From Octopus vulgaris (Eukaryota), in contig OX597823.1 of assembly GCA_951406725.2 (NCBI GenBank), forward strand, positions 13,578,001-13,642,000: a DNA stretch of 64,000 nucleotides. The letters are read 5' to 3'. A program made the position numbers and the translations under genes. The notes under the pieces are model-generated. The model had not been told where the DNA came from and did no database searches. It worked only from the letters and a program-made list of their open reading frames with translations. Positions within the stretch are counted from its first letter, which is position 1; each line of letters starts with the position of its first letter. Of the stretch, positions 13,330-25,938 are shown piece by piece.

Positions 13330-14310
13330 TGCGAGCAACTATCCGTGGGAATTACAAGACATTGATTACCTAGTTGTTGTAATAGATAAAAAATCCCAAA
13401 CGTGAAAGCAAAATTTAGAATCGAGAAATCTGAAACGAAATATAAGAAAGCCTAAAGTTTTAGCAAGTAGGATAGAAAGCAGGTCTCAGCTAAAATCGGA
13501 GAAATGGCCGTTTGTAATGTGCTGGAAATAAGTACACAACGGCCCAAACGGTCAGGATGGCGTGACGTATGATTGCACAAGAGATGTACTAAGATCAGAC
13601 GCAGAATGAGAATAAACAAAGTGTATGCATTGGGCAGATGTACAATACTAGGAAACAATGGAAATTACTTTCCTGCCAATGCATAGAAGACACCTCGTGA
13701 AATAGTTGATATTTTCTATAATCTACACCATCCAGTCAGCTGTGAAAAGACTGCTCTAAAATCAAAGAAACCAGAGTAAGTATAGTGTGGATAAAATTTA
13801 AATAGATATTACTACCGCTGTTGCCAAGAAGCGGGTGGTTAAATCTTCGAACGGAGAATAAAATTTTATGTCCCTTGTGTACGAAATACGATGCTTTGTG
13901 CCAGTGAAATGTTGACATTGGATGCAGAGGGTGTCAAAAATCAAGAGAAAAATTAAGCAATTTTGCAGGATGTTTAATTTTAGTATGAAAGAAAGATTGG
14001 ATACGTATAAGATGACAGAAAAAATCCGGTATAAGAGAAATCAGAGTTATAGTGCAAGAGAGAGAGTGATGAGTACGTGTGGCTGTGTAATAACATAATA
14101 GAAGTAAAATAATAGAAGTAAACAACCAGGTGGAAAGAGAATAGTGGAAGAGGACGATCGAGAAAAACCTCGAACAAAGATGATGAAGGCTGATCTCAAG
14201 AAGTTGAATTTGATAAAGGAGAGGAAAAATAAAAACCAGAAAGGGCGAGACACTCTTCTGGAGAGGAATCCGCCCAACAGAAGCAAGAATGGAAAAGCGG
14301 ATGTAAACAT
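13330..14310 (+). pseudogene. Decayed RTE-type LINE, 3' part of ORF (zinc-finger-like insert and RT C-terminus)
   Basis: Manual translation with stops/frameshifts: KWPFVMC, LHKRCTKI..LGRCT, EIVDIFYNL, RVSIVWIKFK*ILLPLL, CVRNTMLCASE, GRGRSRKT. Confidence 0.7.
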
Positions 14311-15531
14311 ATAATGGTGGTGGTGGTGGTGGTGGTGGTGGTGGTGGTTGTGATCGTGATCGTGATGATGATTGCTGAGCAGTATTGTATAAATTCCCTC
14401 ATTCAAAGTCTTTATTCACTGTTTTCCTGTCGCGTGTACTCATAGTTCACACCGTCTGGACCTTATGGGGTCCCCATGCACTCGTTTCAAGCACATTGTC
14501 TACAACCATTTCCTTGCTGGGAACCGAGGTCTGTTTTCTGTCCCACTTTCTAAAACTGATGATGATGATGATGATGATGATGGCAACGACGACGACGCCG
14601 ATGATGATGATAATGATGATGATGATGATAATGATGATGATGATGATAATAGCAATGATGCTGGGGATAATGTCCACTAGAATATCGCCATCATTTGGGT
14701 AAAAACTGGCAAAATTTCAGACAGACAACAGCTGTCAAGTGCTACATAACAAGATGGCTTGGTCACAGGCGGGTTGATTTTCATAATAACAACTCAAAAC
14801 AAATCAATCTATATTGAAATACAGAATACTACAGAACCAACAAAGAAATTTTCCTTAGACACTTGAGCTACTCGAAATAGTAGCCAAATTTCAGTCAAGA
14901 ATATGTAATCTTAGACGCAGTGTAACTGAATACGCACCAATAATATTTATTGATAATTACCATACGATTCAACGCGATATTAACTTTGCAATTTTATCTG
15001 ATGTCAGCTTATGACAGACGTTGTTTTATGTTGAATATGACTGCATATGTATACCTATGTGTTCGTGCGTTTATAAGATTTGGTTATGCATATTATTTGC
15101 ATTGCTATATATGTACATATATATATATATGTATATATATATATCACTCACTTCTTATGCACACATACCCATACGTGTGTTGCATGTGTTCAGTGTGTTT
15201 GTGTGTGTGAGTCTATATGCAAACACAGACACTTAGAAAACTTAGATTAATTGAGATATGTTTCGGATTTTATTGGGTATGACTAACTGTATGCAACACG
15301 TAATAAAGTTCTTCCAGTGTGATTAGATTGTGCTTTGTGTCACCATATCCTACACAACTACGAACTGCTGTTGGCCGAAACGCATCTGTTTATAGCTGTT
15401 TTGTCTAGTATACCCCGCGAGGATTTTATCAAGGTACAGTTTTCAGGTTGTGGGGGTCTTTTTCTTTTTTGGTTAGATGTGGTATAAATTTTTTTAAATG
15501 CCAACTATGATTGAGGTCAGATAGTAATATC

Positions 15532-15577
15532 TATTTCTTTACTACCCACAAGGTGCTATAGTACCCACAAGGGTCAA
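15532..15577 (-). mobile_element. Extremely 5'-truncated SINE B tail insertion
   Basis: TATTTCTTTACTACCCACAAGG tail flanked by TSD ATAGTAATATC (15521-15531, 15578-15588). Confidence 0.7.
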
Positions 15578-16232
15578 ATAGTAATATCATGCCTTTGATT
15601 GCTGTGAGAATGATTTTCTTAAAGGTGTATGGCATTAGTTGATATTTAAAGTTGATGTTAAGATCGTTTGAATAAAGCTGTTGGCATGTTTTCCCCCATT
15701 TTTTGGATTTGTAGCTCTTACAATAACGTTGAAGGGAAAAGTTTTTGTGTTTTGCAGTGATCACAGTTATCAAGGGTTGCCATGCGGCAATTCGTAGCTG
15801 GTCTTCTTAGGGCCAAGCTGATATACTGTTCAGGAAAATGGCATGGGTTGATGGTACCTCTCTCAGTGTAAACCCGTAAGTTAGAGAGAAGTAATTGGTG
15901 AGGGCACTTGGTGTTCAGGAAAACCTCGAAAAGTGTGATTTGTCGATTATCCCTTGAGGTCTCCGTGTATCAGGAGGGCTACATCTCTATCATCTTCTTC
16001 ATCTCTATCATCCTTTTTCTAGCCTCTGTATACTATCTATATATCCCGTCTTTTTCAGTGTATACCGTGTATACTTATATTTTTCTTATCATTTCTATCA
16101 TAAACCCAAACAATTTTTATTGTTCCCTTCATCCTCCGCCCTTGTGACAAATAAATGGAAACAATATCATTGTTATCACTAATGATAATAATAATTATTA
16201 TTATTAATAATTATAATTATAATTATTATTAC

Positions 16233-16271
<39 letters not shown>

Positions 16272-16278
16272 TATTATT

Positions 16279-16311
<33 letters not shown>

Positions 16312-16312
16312 A

Positions 16313-17730
16313 TTATTTATCATTCATTACCTTTGCAAAGCTTCTAACGCGGGAGAAGTACTACGATGTCAGCTGTTCACTACCAGTGAACTAAGGTAAC
16401 ACCTCTTATTTTTCGAGCACCTTCCGGAGTATTGTTCGGTTCCAAGCAGTCTTGTTTTCTGCAAGTTCTCCACCTTTATTGCAGCCCCGATTTGTTCCAC
16501 ATACTTCTCGAGATTTTTGCTCACTGTTCCCAGGACTCTGACACTACTGCTACCTTTTTCATCGACCACAACTGCTTAACTTCCCAAGCTAACCTGTCAT
16601 ATCTCTCGACTTTTCTTTCTTCCTTATCGCATACCTTGCTGTCAGCTGGTCATGCTATATCTATGATCCAGCATAGTTTATTTTCTTTCTCAATTAAGAC
16701 TATGTCCGGTTTCCTATTCTCAATCTCATGGTCACACTGAATCATAAAATCCCATAGGATCTTTGCATTTTTACTTTCGACGATGCCTTCGGGTTTATGG
16801 TCGTACCAATTTTTTGCTCTGTCAAGTCCATACTTGTTACAAAGTGTCCAATGGACAAGCCTGGCTATATCGTTGTGACGTCTCTTATAATTCTTCTGGG
16901 CTAGTGGCGTACATTGGCTGGTAATATGCCATACGGTTTCACCATTTTGTCCACAGATTCTGCACTTATCACTTTCTGCTGTGTTGTCTATTCTGTATTT
17001 TATGTAGTTTGTGCTTAGTGATTGCTCTTGGGCAGCACAGATTAGAGCCTCCTTTTCCGATTTTAAATCACTTTTAGTCATCCGCAGGCATCTTTCTTTT
17101 GTTTGTCTTATCTTTCAGTTTCTTTACCCACCTATTTTCAGTTTCATTCGGTTTCAATTTCTTGTATAGTGCTTTATCTTTGCAATCTTTCAACTTGCAC
17201 AAGCCTGATCTTCTTATAATAGCGGTTCTGTGGCATTTTTTACATACCATGCTATGTTGTTTTCTTCTGCTCTAATGCTGTGTTCGAATCCAATAAGTCC
17301 TCTTCCCTCTCTCTTTCTTGGTACATACAGACTGTCTGTGTATATTTTTGGGTGGACTGTTCCATACCTAGTTAGTAACTTCCTTGTCTTTCTGTCTAAG
17401 CTGTTTAATTCGTTTACTGGCCATGTGATTGCCCTTGCTCCATGTCGAAGGAGTGAAACCGCCCAGGTGTTGATAGTTTTAATCTTATTCCGTCCGTTTA
17501 ATTTCAACTTAAGGATCAGTCTCAGTCTGCGCAAGTAATCCACCTTAATTTTTTGTCATTTCTTTCTCCATCAATTTACCCATTTCAAAAATCCCCAAGT
17601 ACTTATAACCCGTCTCTTCTATCTGCTTCATAACCTCCCCCGACGGTATTGCTAGCCCGTCCATACATTTGATTTTGCCTCTCTTCACGACTAACACACC
17701 ACACTTTCTCAGTTCGAACTCCATTCTGAT
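16313..17730 (-). pseudogene. R4/Dong-type non-LTR retrotransposon, 5'-truncated (RT end, CCHC, restriction-like endonuclease)
   Basis: ORFs 16650-17081 (AAQEQ, CRICGQNGETVWHITSQC, RRHN, KPDIV..IIDIA), 17214-17543 and YKYLG. 3' end abuts (TAA)/(CAA) repeats. Confidence 0.9.
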
Positions 17731-17771
17731 ATTTATTATTATTGTTGTTGCTGTTGTTGTTGTCATCATTA

Positions 17772-18310
17772 TTGAGTGAGAGAGCGATGCATGCCATCAA
17801 ATTGATACTGAGGTACAAATATACGAAGGCCAGAATACTCACCTTGTCTACTCATTTGATCAAGGTACACCCTGAACATACATCACAACTATACGTGCGC
17901 GACATGGTGGTATGATATCAAGATAAACAGAGCATGACCTTGCAGGTGGGACCCAGTTAGAATTTTCTTCAGGACGAGTAGCCAATCCTGCTCAAAAGGT
18001 TTCTGATTAAGGGTTGTTTAAGGATGTTGAACGAAACACCCAGGTTTCCAGAGGTGAATTATTCAAATCCAAAGAATTCCTCTCAATACATGGCTATAAT
18101 GCTCCCCCACAATTTCTGCTCGTGACCAGAGATGCACATACCATCATCCACTAAGGAACATGCTCAATTGGTTAAAGTTAAAAAACTGACGGGCAAATCT
18201 CGAGTACTGAACAGAATTATTGGTTGTAGCGCATGTTTTACGCCAAGACTAAACAATGTACATGATAACACTTCCAATAAGTTAAGATCCGAAGCCAGAT
18301 ATTGTATATC
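17772..18310 (-). mobile_element. Non-coding ~575-bp element associated with (TAA)n
   Basis: Reverse complement of 25159-25733; ends CTCTCTCACTCAATAAT. Confidence 0.85.
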
Positions 18311-18719
18311 TAAACCACCATTATTTAATGTCTGCTTCGACTTAGCAAAAAATTTAGCCGCTGCTTCTAATAGCTCGAATGAGAACACAGAGGCTAAATA
18401 AATGGATTTTTGTCATGTAGTATAAAGTTGAAGTCTGTGGTAGTTGCTGTTGTTGTTTCCTTCCAGATCAGTCACACTATCAATGTCAATCCAGCTATGA
18501 CTACTCCATCTATTTTCTTTCTTGTTAGCATCTAACTGCAGATACATATCTCAAAGCTTCGTTTTTCGGTACCGAAATGATTGCAAGACTATTTTGGCAG
18601 CAGATGTAAAGAATTTTTATTATTTCATTTTCAAGCTGTACGTTTTGTTTAATAAAAACGGTATGGCATTTACTTTAGCGTTTTTGTTGGCACTTAGTAT
18701 CGCATGACAATTTATAGCA

Positions 18720-18784
18720 ACGTATAATATATATATATACATACATACACACATATATACATTCATACATATATATATACATAT

Positions 18785-18856
<72 letters not shown>

Positions 18857-19164
18857 ATATGCATATATATATATATATATATATATATGTATACATATCT
18901 ATATACATACATATATACATACATATATATACATATATTTATACATATATATATATATACACATATATGTATGTATATATATGTGTATGTTTGTGTGTGT
19001 ATGTGTGTGAGTGTTTGCGTGTGTGTGTGTGTGCATGCGTGTATATGTATGTATATATACACACAAATATGCAGACACGAAACTCGGGGGAGCGCATGCC
19101 CACGTATGTGAGTTTCGTGTTTGCATGTCTGTATATATGTATATATACATATACACACATGCAT

Positions 19165-19231
<67 letters not shown>

Positions 19232-19300
19232 TATATACTTACATATATACATATATGCATATATACATACTATATTCATAAATGTATACACACACATATA
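18720..19300. repeat. TA/CA/TG compound microsatellite
   Basis: Direct reading. Confidence 0.95.
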
Positions 19301-20004
19301 TCTAGACGTATATCATCATCACCATCACCATCATCCTCATCATCATCGTCTTACATCCGCTTTCCTTGCTGGCATGCATATACACTCGTAATATCACTGG
19401 CATAAAAATGTCACGAACGGAGCCAAATCGTACTGCATAATGTCATACTTAGACACATGCGCAAACACGCTCACACGCAAACTCACGCGCACTTACGCAT
19501 ACACAAACACACGCACACATAGACATACACAAACACAAACGCGCGTACACCTAGTCGTGCAGGCACACAGGCATACACACATCCATACGACGCATACATG
19601 CACATAGACACACATGCACATGCGCACAAGTGGCACAATATTCACATATACATATTCAGAGACACCGTCGTCGGGTTACACTGACGGCGACACCAACCTA
19701 GATTCCTTCCTGTTAAGTCTTTGAAATTAATGTAGGAAGGAACCAACATTGGTTTTGAATCGAATTCCTACGCATGTGATTTGTCGCTTCTACGTATATA
19801 ATAACTGTATATATTTACCATTTCGTCCCAAACGGAAACCTTCATTTCTTTACTGAAAAGCTATAGTTTCCGTCAAAGTACCGTATATATCTCGCTAGCA
19901 CTGCTATAATTTGAAGAATTCAATTTGTATAGAGGTTTCCATAGCTAGCATAAAATGGCAATGAACTAGGTTGAACTATACACTTTGAATTTCTATTGAA
20001 TTGT

Positions 20005-20245
20005 CTTTTACTTGTTTCGGTCATTAGACTGCAGCCATGCTCGGGTGCTTTATTGAAGAATTTTTACTCGAATGAATCGAGTTCGGTGCGTTTATTTTAT
20101 ATTTTATATTTTTAAGCTGGGTACTTATTTCTTATTTCTTTATTGACCACAAGGGGATAAACATAGAAGGGGACAAACAAGGACAGACAAAGGGATTAAG
20201 TCGATTACATCGACCCCAGTGCGTAACTGGTACTTAATTTATTTA
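20005..20245 (-). mobile_element. SINE A tail fragment with a SINE B 3' part inserted
   Basis: TTTTACTTGTTTCGGTCATT..GCAGCCATGC, then TATTTCTTTATTGACCACAAGGGG..GTAACTGGTACTTAATTT. Confidence 0.7.
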
Positions 20246-22101
20246 ATGATGGAGAGGGTGTCGGTGGCAGCGGCGGCGGCGGTGGTGGTGGTTCTATTGC
20301 TTTTGTTGTTGTTGTTACTGTTGTTACTTCTTCAGTAAAATTCAATTCTGGCAGAGCAAACCTTCAACCAGCGCCGTACCAGTAATGGATACCTTCACAT
20401 ATTTTCAGCAAAGTAATGATATAAACATATCTAGAACTACATTATTTAGTTTGCTATTCTTCCTTGTTTATGGCGGTGGAGTGTGGTTTGAGAGAGAAAT
20501 GGCTGCTATCTCTCACAAGACTAGTTTTTTTTATTGTTTGTAGTTACTGCTGTTTGGCTTAGGTCGGCGCTAACCTCTCAGACCTCTGATCATAAGTCTT
20601 CCACCCACAGTCGTCCAGTTCTTTTACAAGTGTAATGCGTCAAAGACTACATTATCCAATGTGTTCTGTTTTTATAAAAACTGGTTTTGATTTTAGCGAG
20701 ATTAAACTACTTCATAGAGATAATTATATTGTTTCCAGAATTGCTTATAGCTTACACCTATGTGACTTTGAATACATGCGCCTGGATCTAACACCATATA
20801 TAGTATTTGGCTGTCTGTAAAACTGCATTTCGTTGATGTAGCTGACTTTTATGACTATTTGTTTTTAGGCTAATCAACAGGATGCTGACTGTGCAATGTT
20901 CCGTAAATTATGTCACACCGAGATACAAACCATTCCTACAGGGTGCACGTGACGCGTGATTTTAGTTGGAGCGATAAAGATTAAAGAAGCGTATTTTATA
21001 TGTGCCTCACAAACTGGATTTATAAGGTTCTCTCTCACGTACCCATTATCAGTTTGATTGTTTTGTTACAGATTTCCTTTTGCATAATAGCATCCACGAT
21101 ACCGTAGAGATGTATAGCAACTATTAATGATTTGCTAATTTATGTTCATCCTCGATGTTTTAAACAATCTATCAGAATCATACGTTTCGCAAATTTTGTA
21201 TCCAGCTTCCAGCTCATCGCTGCTGGAAAATTTCAGTAGGAACCGCAAACGTATTAATTAATAACGAAAATAATTTCAATATAAATTCAAGCATTTACTA
21301 ACAAATCTTCAAAGCAACAGAATGTTAAATTCCACCCTATGGTAGCATATACGACATTCAATAAAGCAAACAACCGATGAAACCAAGCGGTTGCCTCTCA
21401 GCTCATATCGGTGGTACTTGATTAACACACAAAAGAGTTTGAACTACTTAACGGCAATGACAGAGCTTTGATGATATCGGCGGAAAATCACAAAATCATT
21501 GTCATTGATACTATAAACATGCAGCTTCCTTAATTGCTAATTATTTCAGGTTCAAATGCTATTTATTGCAACTTCTCAATGCAGCATTCGGAATGACCAG
21601 ATGACTGCATCAAAGAGCTAATGAATATTAGCTACTGGAAATTTGGAAAAGCAGACTAATTACTCCGCTTAAGTGAATCAAATCAGCGCGCATTTAACAT
21701 CGTCACTCGACCTACTAGAAACAGCAACCAGATATGCATCATGTCGTAACTTAGTGTCTTGAAACGAAAGAAACAAATGCATTTACTCGCATGAAAGGAA
21801 ATTATTTTTTTAATTATATATATATTTAAATTCTGATAAAAAAAAATTATGAGATGACAGCAAAGCCAACACCTGTAATTACAGGTTTATTGAATGAAGG
21901 CTGAACTGGAGCAACTAAAGACCAATATTCGAAACTATTAGTATAGTTTGGTCTGGCTAGTGATTTTGCAACAGTAGCATGACCATATTGGCAAACTAGT
22001 ATACAATTCGAATAATTATAGTTGGTAGATACTAAGTGATTTTATATTCATTTCCCATATATATATTTAGCGCTGCTCAGTGTTATCTTTTATATATTGT
22101 A

Positions 22102-22501
22102 CTAGCAGTATCGCCCGGCGTTGCTCGGGTTTGTAAGGGAAATAACTATGTAAGCATTTTTAGAGATGTAAAGTATAATAGCCATCTCAATATGGCTAAC
22201 CACAAAGGGGGGGGGTTGTTACTGTAGCTTTTTACGTTCTGAGATTTAATAATAAATCTTTAGAGAGTTACTTCCCATATATATGCCAAAAATGCATTAA
22301 AAATGGGAAAAATTGATGGTAAATATTTTTTTTAAATTGTAGACTCATCGTAGACGCGCGCTAATACCCAGAAGGGCTCGATATGAATCACGACTATAAG
22401 ATACCCGGTTTTGGTTAAACTGCACCGCAAAATGTGGGAGTAGTTAGGAATCTAAATCGTAGGAGACAGACAGCACACAACCTCACTTTTATATATAAAG
22501 A
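22102..22501 (-). mobile_element. Non-autonomous Helitron
   Basis: Minus strand starts TC, ends with hairpin CCCGAGCAACGCCGGG then CTAG; sits between A and T, no TSD. Confidence 0.88.
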
Positions 22502-22592
22502 TAAGGCGTGCATTTTCAGTTCACATTACCTGCGGAGGATCTGTAACTTCTTGGTAACAGCGGTAATTGTAAATCGTCCTATCTCTCTCTCT

Positions 22593-22786
22593 CTTTTACT
22601 TGTTTCAGTCATTTGACAGCGGCCATGCTGGAGCACCACCCTTAGTCGAGCAAATCGACCCTGGGACTTACTCATTGTAAGCCTAGTACTTATTCTATCG
22701 GTCTCTTTTGCCGAACCGCTAAGTGACGGGGACGTATACACACCAGCATCGGTTGTCAAGCAATGCTAGGAGGACAAACACAGACA

Positions 22787-22826
<40 letters not shown>

Positions 22827-23007
22827 TATACATATACATATATACAACGGGCTTCTTTCAGTTTCCGTCTACCAAATCCACTCACAAGACTTTTGTCGAC
22901 CCGAGGCTATAGTAGAAAACACTTGCCCAAGGTGCCACGCAGTGGGACTGAACCCGGAACCATGTGGTTGATAAGCAAGCTACTTACCACACAGCCACTC
23001 TTGCGCC
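22593..23007 (-). mobile_element. SINE family A
   Basis: Full-length homology to 8028-8443. Confidence 0.9.
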
Positions 23008-23137
23008 AATCAGGTATTATTTCTCCATAGCATGAAATTTGGTTTTACCATTTAGATTCTATCATAAGAATTACAATCTTCTGTTCACATGTTTCACAAA
23101 TATTTCATTTCTAACTAGAATTTTTCACACTTGCATA

Positions 23138-23352
23138 CGGGGTGGGGGGCTAAAAAGTTCATGGCTTTAAGAGTACCGCGAAAGGCTTGGTTGGAAGCCT
23201 GACCTTCCGAGTTCTTTTATAGTGCTTGGAGAAACCGAAGGACCGCTGCAATTATTGAATCTGAGAGAGGAATATGTTGAATAAAATCATAATTAACTGA
23301 TCCTCGTGTATTTTCTTTTACTCAAAGCCAGGAACATTTCAGCAGCCCCTCA
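23138..23352 (+). mobile_element. mariner-derived MITE
   Basis: Imperfect TIRs CGGGGTGGGGGGCTAAAAAGTTCATGGCTTT / AAAGCCAGGAACATTTCAGCAGCCCCTCA, TA flanks, GAATATGTTGAATAA (EYVE*) transposase C-terminal remnant. Confidence 0.7.
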
Positions 23353-24837
23353 TAAATGTTCCGTTTCTTTGCTTTATATATTTATGTCCGAGGCATATTT
23401 ACTATGGGAGGGCTCTTTTATATTACGGTTTTTAATTACCAAATCTGGTTGCTAATTTTCATTTGTTCAATCCATACCTTAAAATCTATTCGAAATGGCA
23501 AGATACTGTCAACGTCCCATAATTACAACTTTAGTAAATATACTAAATTCTTGTAATCATACTACAACCGTTAGCTTTTGGTCGCATAATTTGCTTTTAA
23601 ATCTCTTATGATGGTGTCGTAAAGCTCGATGTTCCTGTAAAAGAATTCTCTGCAGCCCCTTGTCCTCCAGATTGCCTCAGTTGAAATAACCATGTTTTTC
23701 CTCTTCATCACCACACTTTTTCTTCATCTTCCGGGCCCCATGCTAAAAACTTTACTATTACTTCATCCTGATAGCTATACTCTTCTGAACTTCTACTCTT
23801 TGTTCCTTCAGTCGAGAACGGGCAGCAATGCCAAATGACTATTAAATGCTTGTATATCACCATTCTTGAAGGGCCAAAAATTCTACCGTCTTCTTTTCTT
23901 TAGTAATCGATACTAAAAAGCAGACACAACTCACACACTCTCTTTTAGTTAAGAATTTTTTCTAAAGCTTAACAATTGCTTTGTAATTCAGTTTTTACTT
24001 GTTAAGTCTTTATTGTGTTACTTCTATTGTCAGTTCTCTCGGTGTCATTCTTCGTTCTCGCCGCTGATATAATTATAGAATAGATCAAGCGATTTAAGTT
24101 TCTGGCTTATATTTCATCTTCTTGGTGATGATATTTAAAACACCGTTGGCTTTCACTTTTGAAGTTTGTTTCTCGACATTTTGTCACAGATGTCTCTACA
24201 TTGAATTTCTTTTACAGTGATCTTGCTTTTGAATTGCTGACTTTCTATATAATTTCAACTGTCTGGTTGTCGCTTTAATTAATATGTTCATTATCTAGAT
24301 AACTAATTCATTAGTGTCACGGAAATAATTAACAGTATTTAGTTACGGCTAACCATGTTATGGGCGCAAACACTGCTGCCGTTTCCAAGTTTACTTTTTA
24401 CACTTTCGGAGTTGATAAAATAAATCTAATTAGGTGTCAGCTTATTTGAGCTTGCTATCTTCCAAAATGAGCTTCGTATATCCATTGCCTTACATCTTTT
24501 CGTGATCGATAAAATAGTACCAGTTGAGTACTGGCGTCGAGGTAATTGCCTTAAACTCGCTCACGAAATTGCTGGTCTTGTGTCAAAATTTGAAAGCATT
24601 AATATTGTGAAATATTTTTTCTTCAGTAAATTCGTCCGTATTTCTACTGCACCACCTGGGAAACATCCGTGTTCCTGAGGTTTTTGCAACACTGCGTTCT
24701 TATATTGATGTGGACTGGGGTAGTATAGACTCCACCTGTTGGTTTACTACATCACTTTATTTTGATATGTGGTTTCGTTTTTTTTTTTGTTCCTTCTTAT
24801 ATGAACGAATGGTCCATTGTGTGTGTAGTATGTGTAA

Positions 24838-25100
24838 CGTGAACATTATTTACATTATTTACATTCGACAGATATTTGTGCTCATCTTGTTTGTTGTTAA
24901 CACAACGTTTCGGCTGATATACCTTCCAGCCTTCTTCAGGTGTCTTGGGAAATTTCGAACCTGAGTTCTCATTCCTTAGATATTTTTCGATGTTTTTATT
25001 ATTGTTGTTGTTGTTGTTCAAGTCATTGCTTGGTATCGAACTCGGCATCTTGAGGTTAGTAGCCGGCTCTCTTAATCACTACGCCAAATGCCCCTGGGCA
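24838..25100 (-). mobile_element. tRNA-headed SINE-like element carrying a hammerhead ribozyme
   Basis: Minus: TGGCGTAGTGATTAAG (A box), GAGTTCGATACC (B box), CAA/TAA linker, then hammerhead. Headless homolog at 25755-25885. Confidence 0.75.
24900..24943 (-). ncRNA. Minimal type I hammerhead ribozyme
   Basis: acac CTGAAGA a ggctg gaaggtatat cagcc GAAACGTT gtgt: 4-bp stem I, 5-bp stem II, palindromic AACGTT stem III. Confidence 0.75.
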
Positions 25101-25116
25101 TAACAACAACAATAAC

Positions 25117-25158
<42 letters not shown>

Positions 25159-25177
<19 letters not shown>

Positions 25178-25733
25178 TGCCCTGATGCAGTACCAGGCAG
25201 AGGCTCTCATGGCTTCTGATCTTAACTGATTGGAAGTGTTATCATGTACATTGTTCTGTCTTGGTATAAAAGATGGGCTACAGCAAATATTCTGCTCAAT
25301 ACCACAGATTTGCTTGTCAGTTGTTTGACCTTAACCAGTTGAGCATGTCCCTTAGTGGCTGACGATATGTGCATCTCTGATCACGAGCAGAAGTAGTGGG
25401 GGAGCATCATAGCCATGTGTTGAGAGGGATTCTTTGGGGTTTGAATAATTCACCTCTGGAGACATGGGTGGGTTTTTCAACATCCTTAAACAACCCTTAT
25501 TCAGGGACCGTTTGAGCGGGATGGGCTACTCAACCTGAAAAAAATTCTAACTGGGCCCCACCTGCAAGGTCATGTGCAGTTTATCTTGATATGAGATCAC
25601 CATGCCGCGCACATATGGTTGTGATACATGAGCCTGGTGTGCCCTTATCAGACGGGTAGTCATGATGGGTATATTGGGCTTCGTATATTTTACCCCAGTG
25701 TCACTTTGATGGCATGCTCTGCTCGCTCACTCA
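25159..25733 (+). mobile_element. Non-coding ~575-bp element inserted in (TAA)n
   Basis: (TAA)n on both sides; homologs at 17772, 30957 and 58678. Confidence 0.88.
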
Positions 25734-25754
25734 ATAATAATAATAATAATAATA

Positions 25755-25885
25755 ATAACATCGAAAAATTCCTTAGGAATGAGAACCCAGGTTCGAAATT
25801 TCCCCAAGACATCTCATGATGTTAACAACAAATAAGATGAATGTAAATAACGTACATAATTCCTCACCTCTTAAATATAGAACAG
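25755..25885 (+). mobile_element. Headless copy of the hammerhead-SINE body with the ribozyme core deleted
   Basis: AACATCGAAAAAT..AGGAATGAGAACCCAGGTTCGAAATTTCCCCAAGACA matches the 24838-25100 element. Confidence 0.75.
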
Positions 25886-25938
25886 TATGAGTAACGTGAA
25901 TTGTATTCTTCTACAGGGCTTTAAAGGTCTATAATATA

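Noticed and set aside
15240-15990. Possible Penelope RT remnant on the minus strand
   Set aside because: Only a weak FT..FLN pattern; no catalytic motif found.
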